Below, piece by piece: positions 30,174 through 39,657 of a stretch of DNA of 64,000 nt. The stretch covers positions 96,001 to 160,000 of the forward strand of contig CAVTCR010000059.1 in NCBI GenBank assembly GCA_963733195.1, read 5' to 3'. Both the position numbers and the translations under genes were made by a program. The notes beneath the pieces are model-generated. The model ran no database searches, was not told where the DNA came from, and saw nothing but the letters and a program-made list of their open reading frames with translations. Position 1 is the stretch's first letter. Every line of letters begins with the position of its first letter. This DNA is from an uncultured delta proteobacterium. Its GTDB lineage: Bacteria; Desulfobacterota; Binatia; Bin18.

Positions 30174-31911
30174 TTAGCGCCGTCGGGCGATACGACTATC
30201 ATCGCCTTTTTCTAGTGTCATTTCTCTGGGTGGCAGTGGGAGACTTACCGTGGATCGTATCGATTCTCGTAAAACGCACGACCGCTTGGTTGCCTTCGTT
30301 CCGTACAGTGACGTCTTTGAACGATACTCTGTAGCTTTTGTAACCATCCAAGATACCCTTGAGCCTCGCGGCATCCTGCGCGAGACCTCACCAAGCTGTT
30401 AAGAGCACGTCAACATTTTATTTTCCCATGCCTGGAGATAGGTCGTTTAGAGCCAGTTCATCGCCTCTTGTTGGCTTAGGGTTGTTAGCGACGCTACTCT
30501 CGGTGGTAGTTCTGCTTTCGGTCGTTCGGCTTCAACTTGCTCGACTTTGGCTTGTTCTATTTTAGCCTGCTCGGCTTTCAATCGTTCAGCTTCAGCCTTA
30601 AGTTGCTCGGCTTTGAGTCGTTCGGCCTTGGCTTGCTCTACTTTTAGCGTTCGACCTCGGCTTGCTGTACCTTCGCAGGTTGCTCTGCTTGAGACTGTTC
30701 GGCCTTCGGCGGCGGCTCTATATTCGAAACCTGTTTTGGTGCAGACGACCGAAATATATCATGCAACGTAAAGTGCAACGAGTAGAGAGTACTAAAAGTA
30801 ACACAAGGCTAACGACTGTAGAGAAAGACAAAGAGAACATTTTCCGAGCGAAGTCGAGGGAAAAATGGAAAGATCGAGATTTTGCTTTGCCTCATTGTGA
30901 CTAGTCTGAGGAGCCGAAAACAGTTGTAGCGAGCTTTCCTGTTTCGCTCTTTTTCAGATCGACGATTCTCCTCCTGATTTAGTAACACTGTTGTCTCTAC
31001 CTGTTCGTTTTCCAAAGGCGTAGCGAACAGTGGTTGAAGAACCCCTAATTGGTTACCTTCAGTCTTAATTGCATTCTCTAACGTTTGACGTACCTGGAGT
31101 GCATCAACGGGGCGATCCTGCGGAGCTTTCGCTAGGAGGCGCTCCACGAGCGCACGCAGGTTCATGGGTACTATTCGGGTAACGGCGATGGAGGCACAGA
31201 CAAATGCTGGTGCATCAGCGCCTCGGCGGTACTGGCGGCGAACGGTGGCCGACCAGTGAGCATCTCATACATAATGATGCCCAACGCATAGAGGTCGTAC
31301 GTCATTCTCTGCCCTCGCCATTGTTCCGGCGCCATATAGGATGGAGTACCAGGAGATGACTGTCCTACCTGCGTCAATCCAACGGTGTGTTCACTAAGGA
31401 TTTGGCGATACCAAAGTCGACAATCTTGACCCAGTCTTGTCCATGTTGCTGCTCGACGAAGATGTTGGGTGGCTTGAGGTCACGGTGAACGACTGGGTCT
31501 GGAAGACTATGCGCCTCCATGAATGCCTTGCAAAGTTGGCTGGCAATACGAATGACACGCTCGACCGGCAGGGGGCCGTGTTGGCGAAGCACCTGACGGA
31601 GCGTGGGGCCAATAATGTACTCCATGACGAAGTAGAGCTGACCGTCTTCTCCTTGGCCGGAATCGTGCACCATCACAGTGTGTGGGTTGCGGAGTTGGGT
31701 AGCAACGCGGACTTCGACGGAGAAAACGCTGGGCAAAAGCTGGATCGCTTGATAACTCGCGCCGCATGGTTTTGAGGGCGACCTGTGGCAGTGTTCGGCC
31801 TTCAACATCAAGTTGCTAGGCGAGCGATACAGTGCCCATCGCCCCTTCGCCGAGCTTGGCCAGAAGACGATACTTGCCATTGACGACCTTGCGTTGAACT
31901 TGGTCTGCCAT
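30174..31911 (-). pseudogene. Ser/Thr protein kinase (Hanks type) with coiled-coil C-terminus, decayed
   Basis: YRLLAKLGEGAMG, in-frame TAG at 31816-31818, [38 protein letters not shown]; several frameshifts; KAEQ/KAER repeats near 30540-30650; 3' boundary approximate. Confidence 0.8.
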
Positions 31912-32087
31912 TGCTATTGTCTTCTACGATTCTTTCATCCCTGTGGTTTGTCTCCGTGCGGAGATTTTGGCCTTTGTATAGGGCTGTCATAGGAATTTGC
32001 AAATCCTACGACGTTTCTGGGATAGGGGCCTGGACAACACGGCTAGCCTGCCCCCTCCGTAGGGGGGCTTACTACCAGTGGCACCAG

Positions 32088-32111
32088 AAAACTCATCGGG
32101 CTATGAGTTTT
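32088..32111. terminator. Possible bidirectional intrinsic terminator after thiolase
   Basis: AAAACTCAT-CGGGCT-ATGAGTTTT hairpin 21 nt beyond the thiolase stop. Confidence 0.45.
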
Positions 32112-32132
32112 AAATATAAGAGAAATGCCGAA

Positions 32133-33299
32133 CTACGCCTTTGGCGCATTCGCGAGAATCATCGTCGCTGCCGCGCTGAAGATTCCACCTGGGCCGTGAC
32201 ACAACGCGATCTCGGTATCTTTCACCTGTCGTTCTCCACATTCGCCACGAACTTGCCGTACGGCTTCGATAATTGTGAACATGCCGTACATTCCTGTGTG
32301 AGTGTACGAAAGACCACCACCGTTAGTGTTCATGGGAAAATCACCGCCTGGCGCTGTGCGTTGTCCGGACACGAATGCACCACCTTCGCCTTTCTTGCAG
32401 AAGCCCAAGTCTTCGAGTGCGAGTATTGGCACAATCGTGAATGCGTCGTAGAGCATCGCTACATCGATATCTTTGGGGGTGACACCAGCCATCGCAAAGG
32501 CTTGCGGACCAGAAATCTGTGCACCAGTCGCGGCGGTAAAGTCGGGCATCTGATTGACCCAGCAATGACCGGTGCCTTCGCCGGTACCAAGAATATAGAC
32601 GGGATTCTTTTTGAGATTCTTGGCCCGCTCAGCTGAGGTAATCACCGCCGCGCCACCGGCGTCGGTGACAAGACAACAATCCAGTACATGAAACGGCCAG
32701 GCGATGATCGGCGATTTCATCACATCGGCGACTGAGAGTTCACCGCGTTGATTGGCTTTCGGATTTAACCGTGCCCATGCTCGTGTTGCCACCGCGACCT
32801 CAGCCAGTTGTTCTTGGGTTGTGCCATACTCGTGCATATGGCGAGTGGCAATGAATCCATACGCGGTGAAAGGAAAAACGATGCCGTAGGGAACTTCAAA
32901 CTGCCATAGCAGTGAATCTTTGGGCGAATTAGTGGTTGGCATTGCCAGCCGCGACCGGCCAGATTCGCCATGAGTGATCAGAGCCACTTCGCATAATCCG
33001 GCATTGATTGCTGCCATCGCGTGTTGACAGTGCTGAATAAACGAACAGCCACCGACACTTGTGCCATCAATGTAGCGTGGACGAATGCCGAGATATTCAG
33101 CCGTTTCAGTAGAAAACATGCGCCCCGCGCTGAAAACCGCATCAACGTCATTCTTGGTGAGGCCAGCATCGGCGATGGCATTGCGTGCCGCTTCGGCATG
33201 GAGTTGTAAGGCTGATTTATTGGGCACCGTACCCATCTCGTCGGACTCGGCCACCCCGACGATGGCGAATTTGCCGGAAAGGTCTTTGAAATTGGTCAT
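32133..33299 (-). CDS. Thiolase, SCP-x / lipid-transfer type
   Basis: AIVGVAES, VGGCS, LDCCLVTDAGGA, LYDAFT, EDLGFCKKGEGG, NTNGGGLSYTH, EAVRQVRG. Confidence 0.92.
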   Translation of the reverse strand: MTNFKDLSGKFAIVGVAESDEMGTVPNKSALQLHAEAARNAIADAGLTKNDVDAVFSAGRMFSTETAEYLGIRPRYIDGTSVGGCSFIQHCQHAMAAINAGLCEVALITHGESGRSRLAMPTTNSPKDSLLWQFEVPYGIVFPFTAYGFIATRHMHEYGTTQEQLAEVAVATRAWARLNPKANQRGELSVADVMKSPIIAWPFHVLDCCLVTDAGGAAVITSAERAKNLKKNPVYILGTGEGTGHCWVNQMPDFTAATGAQISGPQAFAMAGVTPKDIDVAMLYDAFTIVPILALEDLGFCKKGEGGAFVSGQRTAPGGDFPMNTNGGGLSYTHTGMYGMFTIIEAVRQVRGECGERQVKDTEIALCHGPGGIFSAAATMILANAPKA

Positions 33300-33343
33300 G
33301 GATTATATCCTTCCATAGTGGATTAGATGCGATCATGAATCGA

Positions 33344-33427
33344 AACGTACTGCGTATTGCGTGGTACGTTTTGCGAAATTGAAGCAGTTCTCTTTTTTTC
33401 ACGTAACATGCACCACGTTTCACGTAT
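33344..33427. repeat. Inverted pair of heptamer arrays
   Basis: AACGTAC TGCGTAT TGCGTGG TACGTTT TGCGAAA .. CACGTAA CATGCAC CACGTTT CACGTAT. Confidence 0.7.
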
Positions 33428-33849
33428 CACTGCTTCGCCGTCGGTCGAAACTTTGGCAATGCAATCGTGTCAGTTAAATCTTCAAACACGACTTCTACTT
33501 CCATATCGCAGCGCAGGTTCTTCGGGTCAGGATCAACGCCAACAATGTTTGTCGCAATGCGCGGTCCTTCAGCGAGTTCAACGATCGCCGTGATGAACGG
33601 ACCAGGAATACCCATGATTGAGCGTTGTGGAATCGCAAAGGTGTGAAGTTTACCTTTGCCGCTGGCTTTGATCCATTCGAGATCGTTTGACCAGCAATGC
33701 GGGCAAATGCCGCGTGGATAAAAGTGACACTTGCCGCAACTTTTGCACTGCGGCAGCATCAGTTCGTGACGTTTCGCCCCTTCCCAAAACGGTTTGGTTT
33801 CGGGTGTCGGAGTCGGGGCGAGGTGTGCAAATTTCCCGGGTTCAGCCAT
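33427..33849 (-). CDS. Zn-ribbon / OB-fold protein (DUF35), thiolase partner
   Basis: PFWEG, CKSC..PR..CPHC, ASGKG, VELAEGPR, VEVVFE. Confidence 0.92.
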   Translation of the reverse strand: MAEPGKFAHLAPTPTPETKPFWEGAKRHELMLPQCKSCGKCHFYPRGICPHCWSNDLEWIKASGKGKLHTFAIPQRSIMGIPGPFITAIVELAEGPRIATNIVGVDPDPKNLRCDMEVEVVFEDLTDTIALPKFRPTAKQ

Positions 33850-33864
33850 ACGGTCCCTCCTGCA

Positions 33865-33899
33865 AATGAATTAAGAATGAAGAGTTAAGAGTGAAGAAT
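33865..33899. repeat. Heptamer array
   Basis: AATGAAT TAAGAAT GAAGAGT TAAGAGT GAAGAAT. Confidence 0.7.
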
Positions 33900-34053
33900 T
33901 CTGGATCTGGAAACTGTCTGTTTACCGTCCTTCATTGCGCGTACCTTTTCACTTAGTTAGAGGAGCGTGTCAATGGACTACGAGACGGTGATTCACGAGC
34001 TGGTCGAGGAGCGGCGAGAAGAGAAAAACGCCTTGCGTGAGTAACTTAGACAA

Positions 34054-34071
34054 TGTACGTTTGAGTGTACA
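34054..34071 (+). promoter_or_regulatory. YefM-type paired hexamer operator
   Basis: TGTACG-N6-TGTACA (12-bp spacing) just upstream of the RBS; same arrangement as the E. coli yefM-yoeB operator; copy 1 has TGTACA-N6-TGCCCA at 27870-27887. Confidence 0.65.
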
Positions 34072-34082
34072 AAGAGGAAGCT

Positions 34083-34391
34083 ATGGACCGCTATCTTACT
34101 GCCAGTCAAGCCCGTCACGAGTTTCTTGCATTGGTCGATGCTGCCCAACAGGGAGAACGGGTCATCGTGACCAAACGAGGAGTGCCTGCTGCCGCGGTGG
34201 TTGGGTTTGAAGAACTGGAAACCCTTCGCGCTCTTGCTCGACTGTGGCAAGATCCGTCTGCATTGGTGGCGATGCGTCGTTCCCTTGACGAAGCTCGGCA
34301 AGGGAAGATGATCACCGTAAAGGGGCCGTTGTCCGTTAAGCAACTCGCTGCGCTTGGTCGGCGTCAGACCCGAGCACGTCGCCGTGGCTGA
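34083..34391 (+). CDS. Phd/YefM antitoxin, copy 2
   Basis: MDRYLTASQARHEFLALVDAAQQGERVIVTKRGVPAAAVVGFEELETL. Confidence 0.9.
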   Translation: MDRYLTASQARHEFLALVDAAQQGERVIVTKRGVPAAAVVGFEELETLRALARLWQDPSALVAMRRSLDEARQGKMITVKGPLSVKQLAALGRRQTRARRRG

Positions 34392-34644
34392 CTTCCGTTT
34401 TGCGCCAAACTGTTTAGCTGAGATCACGCAGATCGAAGCGACCTGCTCCCCACACGAGGCAACCTTGCTTGATGAAGCACTGGCTCAGATCGCTACTGAC
34501 CCTGCCTTACCAGGGCGTTTTCCCTCGTTTTATGATCCGACAAAACCGTCATTCTTGCATCGTGCCGATCCATTTATGATCCATTTTCGCGTCGGCGAGG
34601 ATGGTGTCGTCGAGTTCCTCAATATCTTTTGGCGACGAGTGTGA
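34384..34644 (+). CDS. Putative RelE/ParE-like toxin of unrecognised family, copy 2
   Basis: 86 aa from GTG, overlaps the antitoxin stop; beta-alpha-alpha-beta-beta-beta-like pattern; paralog of 28198..28456. Confidence 0.75.
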   Translation: MADFRFAPNCLAEITQIEATCSPHEATLLDEALAQIATDPALPGRFPSFYDPTKPSFLHRADPFMIHFRVGEDGVVEFLNIFWRRV

Positions 34645-34645
34645 A

Positions 34646-35536
34646 ATGCGTGCCTTTACCTCTGCTCGTTATACGATATCGCTCGGGCATCACTCGTATC
34701 CAATGGACAAGTATCGCCTGGTGGCGGAACGCTTGGTAAGTGACCGGACGCTATCGCCAGAGGAATTAGCCGAACCTGAAGCCGTACCGCTCGATGATGT
34801 GTTACGGGTGCATACGTCTGAATATGTTCATGCCTTCATTAACGGCAAGCTCGAACGGAAAGCACAACTTCGTCTTGGGCTGCCCTGGTCACCTGAGCTG
34901 GTCCGGCGTGCCTTCGCGGTACTTGGTGGCACGTACGGGGCTGCACGCACAGCGCTAGAAGACGGTGTCGCAGCGAACCTCGCAGGAGGGACACACCACG
35001 CTTTTGCCGATCATGGCGAAGGATACTGTATCTTCAACGATCATGTGATCGTGCTGCGGCGACTGCGAGCAGAAATCTTAGCGCAGCGTTTCCTGATTGT
35101 TGATCTCGACGTGCATCAGGGCAATGGTACAGCCGCACTCTGCCAGGATGATGTTGATGTATTTACCTTCTCGATGCACAGCGAAACCAATTATCCTGCA
35201 CGCAAAGAACGCAGCTCTTGGGATATCGGACTTGCTGATGGCACGACTGATGAGCAATATCTCGACGTTCTTGCACGTGCCTTGCCGCAAATCCTGGAAC
35301 GTTTCACCCCGGATCTTATTCTGTATCAGGCTGGAGTTGATGTGCTTGCTGGGGACCGTTTCGGTAAGCTCGCGCTGACGCTAGCTGGGATTGGCGAACG
35401 CGATCGCTTGGTCTCCGAATTTGCTCACTGTGCTGGGATTCCACTCGTTGTGACACTCGGCGGCGGTTATGCGCGTGACATCAATCGGATAGTCGAAGCA
35501 CACTGCCAAACTGTGCGAATAGCGCAGGGAACGTGA
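34646..35536 (+). CDS. Histone deacetylase family protein
   Basis: YPMDKY, GGTHHA, GYCIFND, DLDVHQGNGT, AGVD..GDRFG, LGGGY. Confidence 0.95.
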   Translation: MRAFTSARYTISLGHHSYPMDKYRLVAERLVSDRTLSPEELAEPEAVPLDDVLRVHTSEYVHAFINGKLERKAQLRLGLPWSPELVRRAFAVLGGTYGAARTALEDGVAANLAGGTHHAFADHGEGYCIFNDHVIVLRRLRAEILAQRFLIVDLDVHQGNGTAALCQDDVDVFTFSMHSETNYPARKERSSWDIGLADGTTDEQYLDVLARALPQILERFTPDLILYQAGVDVLAGDRFGKLALTLAGIGERDRLVSEFAHCAGIPLVVTLGGGYARDINRIVEAHCQTVRIAQGT

Positions 35537-35562
35537 AGAAGCTATTGGGGGAAGGGAGCAGC

Positions 35563-37032
35563 TTATGTTGCCTCTACCTTTGGCAGTTCTTCTCCGAGCG
35601 CAAGACGAGTAAGAAACGCACGGAGTTCGTTGTCCGATAATCCCTGTGGGGTAGAGGTGGCAAAGAAGAGTGATATTTGTTGGGCCTCTGAGGAGAGACC
35701 AGCGAGTCGCTCTTGGGCACGCGCGCGCACCAGTGGGCCAATCAAACGAGACAACTCAGATGTGAAGCGTGCGGCGAGCAAGAGTCCTTCGCCCGCGCTT
35801 TGGATCTGGGCGAGCGCTTGCCGGTACACCGTCACCATCCCAGCGTGAAGAGAGATAGTATTTCCAGCTTGTGACCATAACTCATTGTGCATCGATTCCC
35901 ATTCAAGCGTGAGCTCGTCCATGACCGGCCACAGTGCTGGACGTAACATCGATGCGCTTTCTGAGGCAATAAGACGAACTAACAGTGCCTTCCAGTCATC
36001 TGAGAGTTGGATGGGACCGCGAAGGATCTGGTGAACCTGGATCGGTGGTCGTTCACATAGCTCACCCTGCACATCGAGAATGAGATGGTCTTCGATCGCC
36101 TGTCCGAGTATCGCTAAACCCGCCACGTAGCGAGGGCGTTCTTCGACGGTGCGATCCGTCCGAATAGCGTAAGCGTTCGTGGTCAGTTCGGGGCAATAAT
36201 ACACTCGACCATGATCATAAATCTTTTCGACACCATTGCGGAGCTGCACGCAGGTCTGTGTTGACGGGAAAAAGCGTTCATATGGAAGCGGTTCCCAATC
36301 AACGGGAACTTCTTTCATCGTGAGATTAAGGGCTGTTTCTTCTACCCCCTGAGCAAATCGCTCACGCATCACACCGGGTTCCCCACGATAACGGAAGGAT
36401 TCACTTAATGTGGTAAAGAGTCGTTCGGTGGGATACGGACCGCGATAGCGCAAAACTGATTTACCTTGGTCATAGGCGAGCAAGGCCAGCACGTTGAGGA
36501 GTGTTGAGCCTGCTCCTAGAGGAAGGCGGACTGGGTCATCCAAAGGGGGCAGTGCATCGAGGTCTTCGTAGGCAACGGAACGAAAGAGCGTCAGCGGGTG
36601 AGCAACCGTGAAACCTGTTTCTCCTTCCAGAAGGGACACGCTATCTGACATGCCCCAACCCAGGTGCGACGCTGCACCACGCTCAACACCGAGAAACCGG
36701 CCATCAAGTCCACGCGCTTTGAACCGCATCAGATTGCCCGTGCTATCTCGGTAGAGCAGTAAAAGTAATCGACCACGTCGATCAAACGTTGCGAGACGAT
36801 GAGGCATTGACTGTGACTGAGATGGTGGCAGGAAAAACGTGAGCGACCCATGAGGAGACCTCTCGGCCACACGATGATTGTCAACAGTAAAGACTTCGCC
36901 TTCTTGTTGCGTGGTACGTATTGCATGAGCGAGCGCTGAGCTGAGTGTAGCGATCAGGTCAGCAGGAAGACTTTCAGCCACCAAAGTATTGAGTACGGAA
37001 GAGAATATATCGGGAGAGAAGCTGTCTGTCAT
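35563..37032 (-). CDS. Hypothetical protein (489 aa), coupled to helicase
   Basis: Long intact ORF; ATGA overlap with the helicase stop; motif-like YRGPYPTERLFTTLSESFRY. Confidence 0.8.
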   Translation of the reverse strand: MTDSFSPDIFSSVLNTLVAESLPADLIATLSSALAHAIRTTQQEGEVFTVDNHRVAERSPHGSLTFFLPPSQSQSMPHRLATFDRRGRLLLLLYRDSTGNLMRFKARGLDGRFLGVERGAASHLGWGMSDSVSLLEGETGFTVAHPLTLFRSVAYEDLDALPPLDDPVRLPLGAGSTLLNVLALLAYDQGKSVLRYRGPYPTERLFTTLSESFRYRGEPGVMRERFAQGVEETALNLTMKEVPVDWEPLPYERFFPSTQTCVQLRNGVEKIYDHGRVYYCPELTTNAYAIRTDRTVEERPRYVAGLAILGQAIEDHLILDVQGELCERPPIQVHQILRGPIQLSDDWKALLVRLIASESASMLRPALWPVMDELTLEWESMHNELWSQAGNTISLHAGMVTVYRQALAQIQSAGEGLLLAARFTSELSRLIGPLVRARAQERLAGLSSEAQQISLFFATSTPQGLSDNELRAFLTRLALGEELPKVEAT

Positions 37033-39278
37033 ATGTTTTCCACCGATCTCCGATCCCCGATCTCCGACCCCTGACCCCTGTCTTGTTTCACCGCCGCAAT
37101 CTGCTCTGCTGATAAGTATCGTGCAAGCACCTCAGGTGACGCCTCTCGTAACGCGGCGACAGAGTCAAAGCCTGCGGCAACCAATGCGCGAATCTCTTCT
37201 CGGCCTATCCCTGGCAAGTTCGCTCGCGCCAACGTTAACCCTTCAGTGTCAACACCAAAACGAACACGTTCGGCAAGATTGCTAATTTGCTGCGTGGGGG
37301 ACCACCCCATGACATCGGCAACTTCAGCAGCGGCCTCGGCTAACCAACTGACTTCTTCGGTTTGTGCTTTGATGGTTCCGGCGTAACATTGATAGCCACT
37401 CTCCAAACCAGATAAATCCTGCCCCTTAATCCAACCCATCAGTAACAACGAGAGCTTGGCTGAGCGCACTTCCTGTGCGGTGGGTAGCATTTTGGCATGA
37501 AGCACGTGTTTTAAGTCGTCGCCAAATTCACCGTTTTGGTCCTGCGCCCACTCGTTCAGTTTACTTTCATACACACGCCCGCGATGCTCAGCGGTTGACA
37601 GTGGGAGATGCATACGTTTGCCATCTTCGGTCAGGCTTAGGAGATGAAGCAGTTCGAGGTCAGCAATCTGGCGACCTCGCGACGCCTCGAAAAAGCGAGC
37701 GAGTTTTACCGCAGTGGTTGCACGAATGCCTTTACGAGCCGCCGCTTCCCCTAATGTTGTGGCCTCAAGTTGGCCAGTATCGTGGATAGTCACGAGCTGT
37801 GCTTTGACGAGTGCTTCGAGCGCTTTTTCTGTCTCAGCAGTGAATGCTGCTTTTTGATTGCGTTGCTGAAAGCCAAGGTAGGTTAACAAGAAGAATTCGC
37901 GCAGTTCGTCTTTGCTGGTACAGACCTTTGACGCGATGACATTAAGAACACGATCGGCGAATCCTTCCTGTCCTGGTGCAGGAGCAAACTGTTCCTGCTC
38001 GCCGATGACATAGCCACGCCAGAGTAAGTCGGCTTGGAACTGATTGGTGGCGATCAGAATCGATCGCCCAAACTCTTCACGGAACCCTAACCGTCCAGCG
38101 CGACCAGAGATGTTTTCGTATTCCGCCCAGGAGAGTGGGACCTCAATGGCTGCCCCCGTCCGTCGGTCGCTATCCCATTTGACCGCTTCGAGAAAGACGG
38201 TTGAGGCGGGAAGATTAACGCCAAACGCTAAAGTCGAGGTACAGGCGATGGCACGTAACTGACCGTTGCGATAATGGGTTTCAACCAGCGAACGTTCTTC
38301 AGGGGTCAGGTCTGCGTGATGGAACGCTACGCCGCCAGCGAAGGCGGTACGCAGTTGGACTTTCAACGCGGTTTCTTCCAATGTATCGAGTGCAGCCAAT
38401 GCTTCTTGTGCAGGCGGGAGTTTAGCATGCTCGGCTAAGGCGAGTGCGCATTGAACTGCGTCACGTCTCCCCTTGAGAAAAATTAAGACCTGCTCGCCTT
38501 TGTCGAGGATGTGCTTGACATTGGCGAACAGAATGTCGCGAGGATCTTCAGAATCGACGGTTGCGAGTTGTTCTTCACCCTCTTCGCCGGAATTGTAGGT
38601 CTTGTAACGAAAGCGATCACCAAGCAAGACTCCGCGATACAGCTCGACTGGGCGCTCGTCTTGAAACAATAAATCTGCTTCTAGCCAATCTGCGACCTGC
38701 TGTGCTTCGCGCAGTACCGCGGAGAGTCCGAGCACCTGCGGTCGAGGAGTTGAGCTGAGCAATTTCGCCAAGGACAGTTCCAATCCCGGACCTCGCTCCG
38801 GATCACCCAGCATTTGTAATTCATCGACTACGACGAGGGCAACCGTACGGAGGAGGTGCGGGTGTCTCACTAATAGTTGGGAGAGTTTTTCGTAGACAAG
38901 GACTGCGAGGTGAAAATCTCCCTGCTCAATGTCACGGTCAAACTCACGACGGTCACGGGTGGCAACGACGACCTTCACACCATATGCGCCGTAGCGTGTT
39001 TGGAACGTCCGGTACTTTTCTTCAGCGAGAGCACGAAGAGGGGTGAGATAGAGGACTCGTTTGCCAGCGAACGTTGCCCGCATAGCCGCCATCTCTCCGA
39101 CAAATGTTTTGCCAGAAGACGTAGGAGAAGAGATCACCAAACTGCGACCTTCAAACAGATCATAGCGTTGGACTGCGGCTTCTTGCACCGGCAAGAGAAA
39201 CTCGCCTTGCTGTTGCTCCCAGATTTGTAACAGGGTGTCTGGCAGGCCGTATTTCCGTAGATCACGAATGCGTCGCAT
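37029..39278 (-). CDS. Ski2-like / Hel308-like SF2 helicase
   Basis: LLPVQ, SPTSSGKT, PLRALAEEK, DELQ, GLSAV, FHHADL, TSTLAFGVNLPA, SGRAGR, ATTLG, RVRFGV..LPGIGR HhH-like tail. Confidence 0.92.
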   Translation of the reverse strand: MRRIRDLRKYGLPDTLLQIWEQQQGEFLLPVQEAAVQRYDLFEGRSLVISSPTSSGKTFVGEMAAMRATFAGKRVLYLTPLRALAEEKYRTFQTRYGAYGVKVVVATRDRREFDRDIEQGDFHLAVLVYEKLSQLLVRHPHLLRTVALVVVDELQMLGDPERGPGLELSLAKLLSSTPRPQVLGLSAVLREAQQVADWLEADLLFQDERPVELYRGVLLGDRFRYKTYNSGEEGEEQLATVDSEDPRDILFANVKHILDKGEQVLIFLKGRRDAVQCALALAEHAKLPPAQEALAALDTLEETALKVQLRTAFAGGVAFHHADLTPEERSLVETHYRNGQLRAIACTSTLAFGVNLPASTVFLEAVKWDSDRRTGAAIEVPLSWAEYENISGRAGRLGFREEFGRSILIATNQFQADLLWRGYVIGEQEQFAPAPGQEGFADRVLNVIASKVCTSKDELREFFLLTYLGFQQRNQKAAFTAETEKALEALVKAQLVTIHDTGQLEATTLGEAAARKGIRATTAVKLARFFEASRGRQIADLELLHLLSLTEDGKRMHLPLSTAEHRGRVYESKLNEWAQDQNGEFGDDLKHVLHAKMLPTAQEVRSAKLSLLLMGWIKGQDLSGLESGYQCYAGTIKAQTEEVSWLAEAAAEVADVMGWSPTQQISNLAERVRFGVDTEGLTLARANLPGIGREEIRALVAAGFDSVAALREASPEVLARYLSAEQIAAVKQDRGQGSEIGDRRSVENI

Positions 39279-39488
39279 GACATCCTCTTTTCTCGCGTCA
39301 TCGTACCAAGAGGGCTCCTAAGAGGAAAGCAGTGGCGTGAACTCGTCCTGGTGCAATCCGTGCAACCTTTTGCTGCGCTCCGTGTTTCTGTCAACAGGCG
39401 CCGAATTCAAGAAGGTCTAAAGAGAATAAATCTTTTAATCTCCAACGACCCTACGATCGCTGGAGAACCGTGTAAAGGAGAGAAGAAG

Positions 39489-39563
39489 ATGAAACGCTCA
39501 ATGATTGTTGCTGCAGCCGCTCTGTTCTTGGCAGGTGCCGCTTACCCGATCCTTGCTCTTTAA
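39489..39563 (+). CDS. 24-aa hydrophobic small protein
   Basis: RBS AAAGGAG; MKRSMIVAAAALFLAGAAYPILAL; followed by a terminator. Confidence 0.5.
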   Translation: MKRSMIVAAAALFLAGAAYPILAL

Positions 39564-39584
39564 CTTCTCCTATCCCTCCCCGTG

Positions 39585-39618
39585 GGGCAGGTTGCATGTG
39601 CGACCTGCCCTCTTTTTT
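39585..39618 (+). terminator. Intrinsic terminator
   Basis: GGGCAGGTTGCA-TG-TGCGACCTGCCC then TCTTTTTT. Confidence 0.75.
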
Positions 39619-39657
39619 CCTCTATCCCCATAGTGATTTGCTCAGTATAGTATCAGT

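Noticed and set aside
31911-32636. 241-aa plus-strand ORF
   Set aside because: Mostly antisense to the well-supported thiolase; no motif; shadow ORF
35563-39278. Calling the helicase pair a Hachiman (HamAB) system
   Set aside because: The partner is downstream, larger than expected and shows no HamA/DUF1837 nuclease motif that I can recognise
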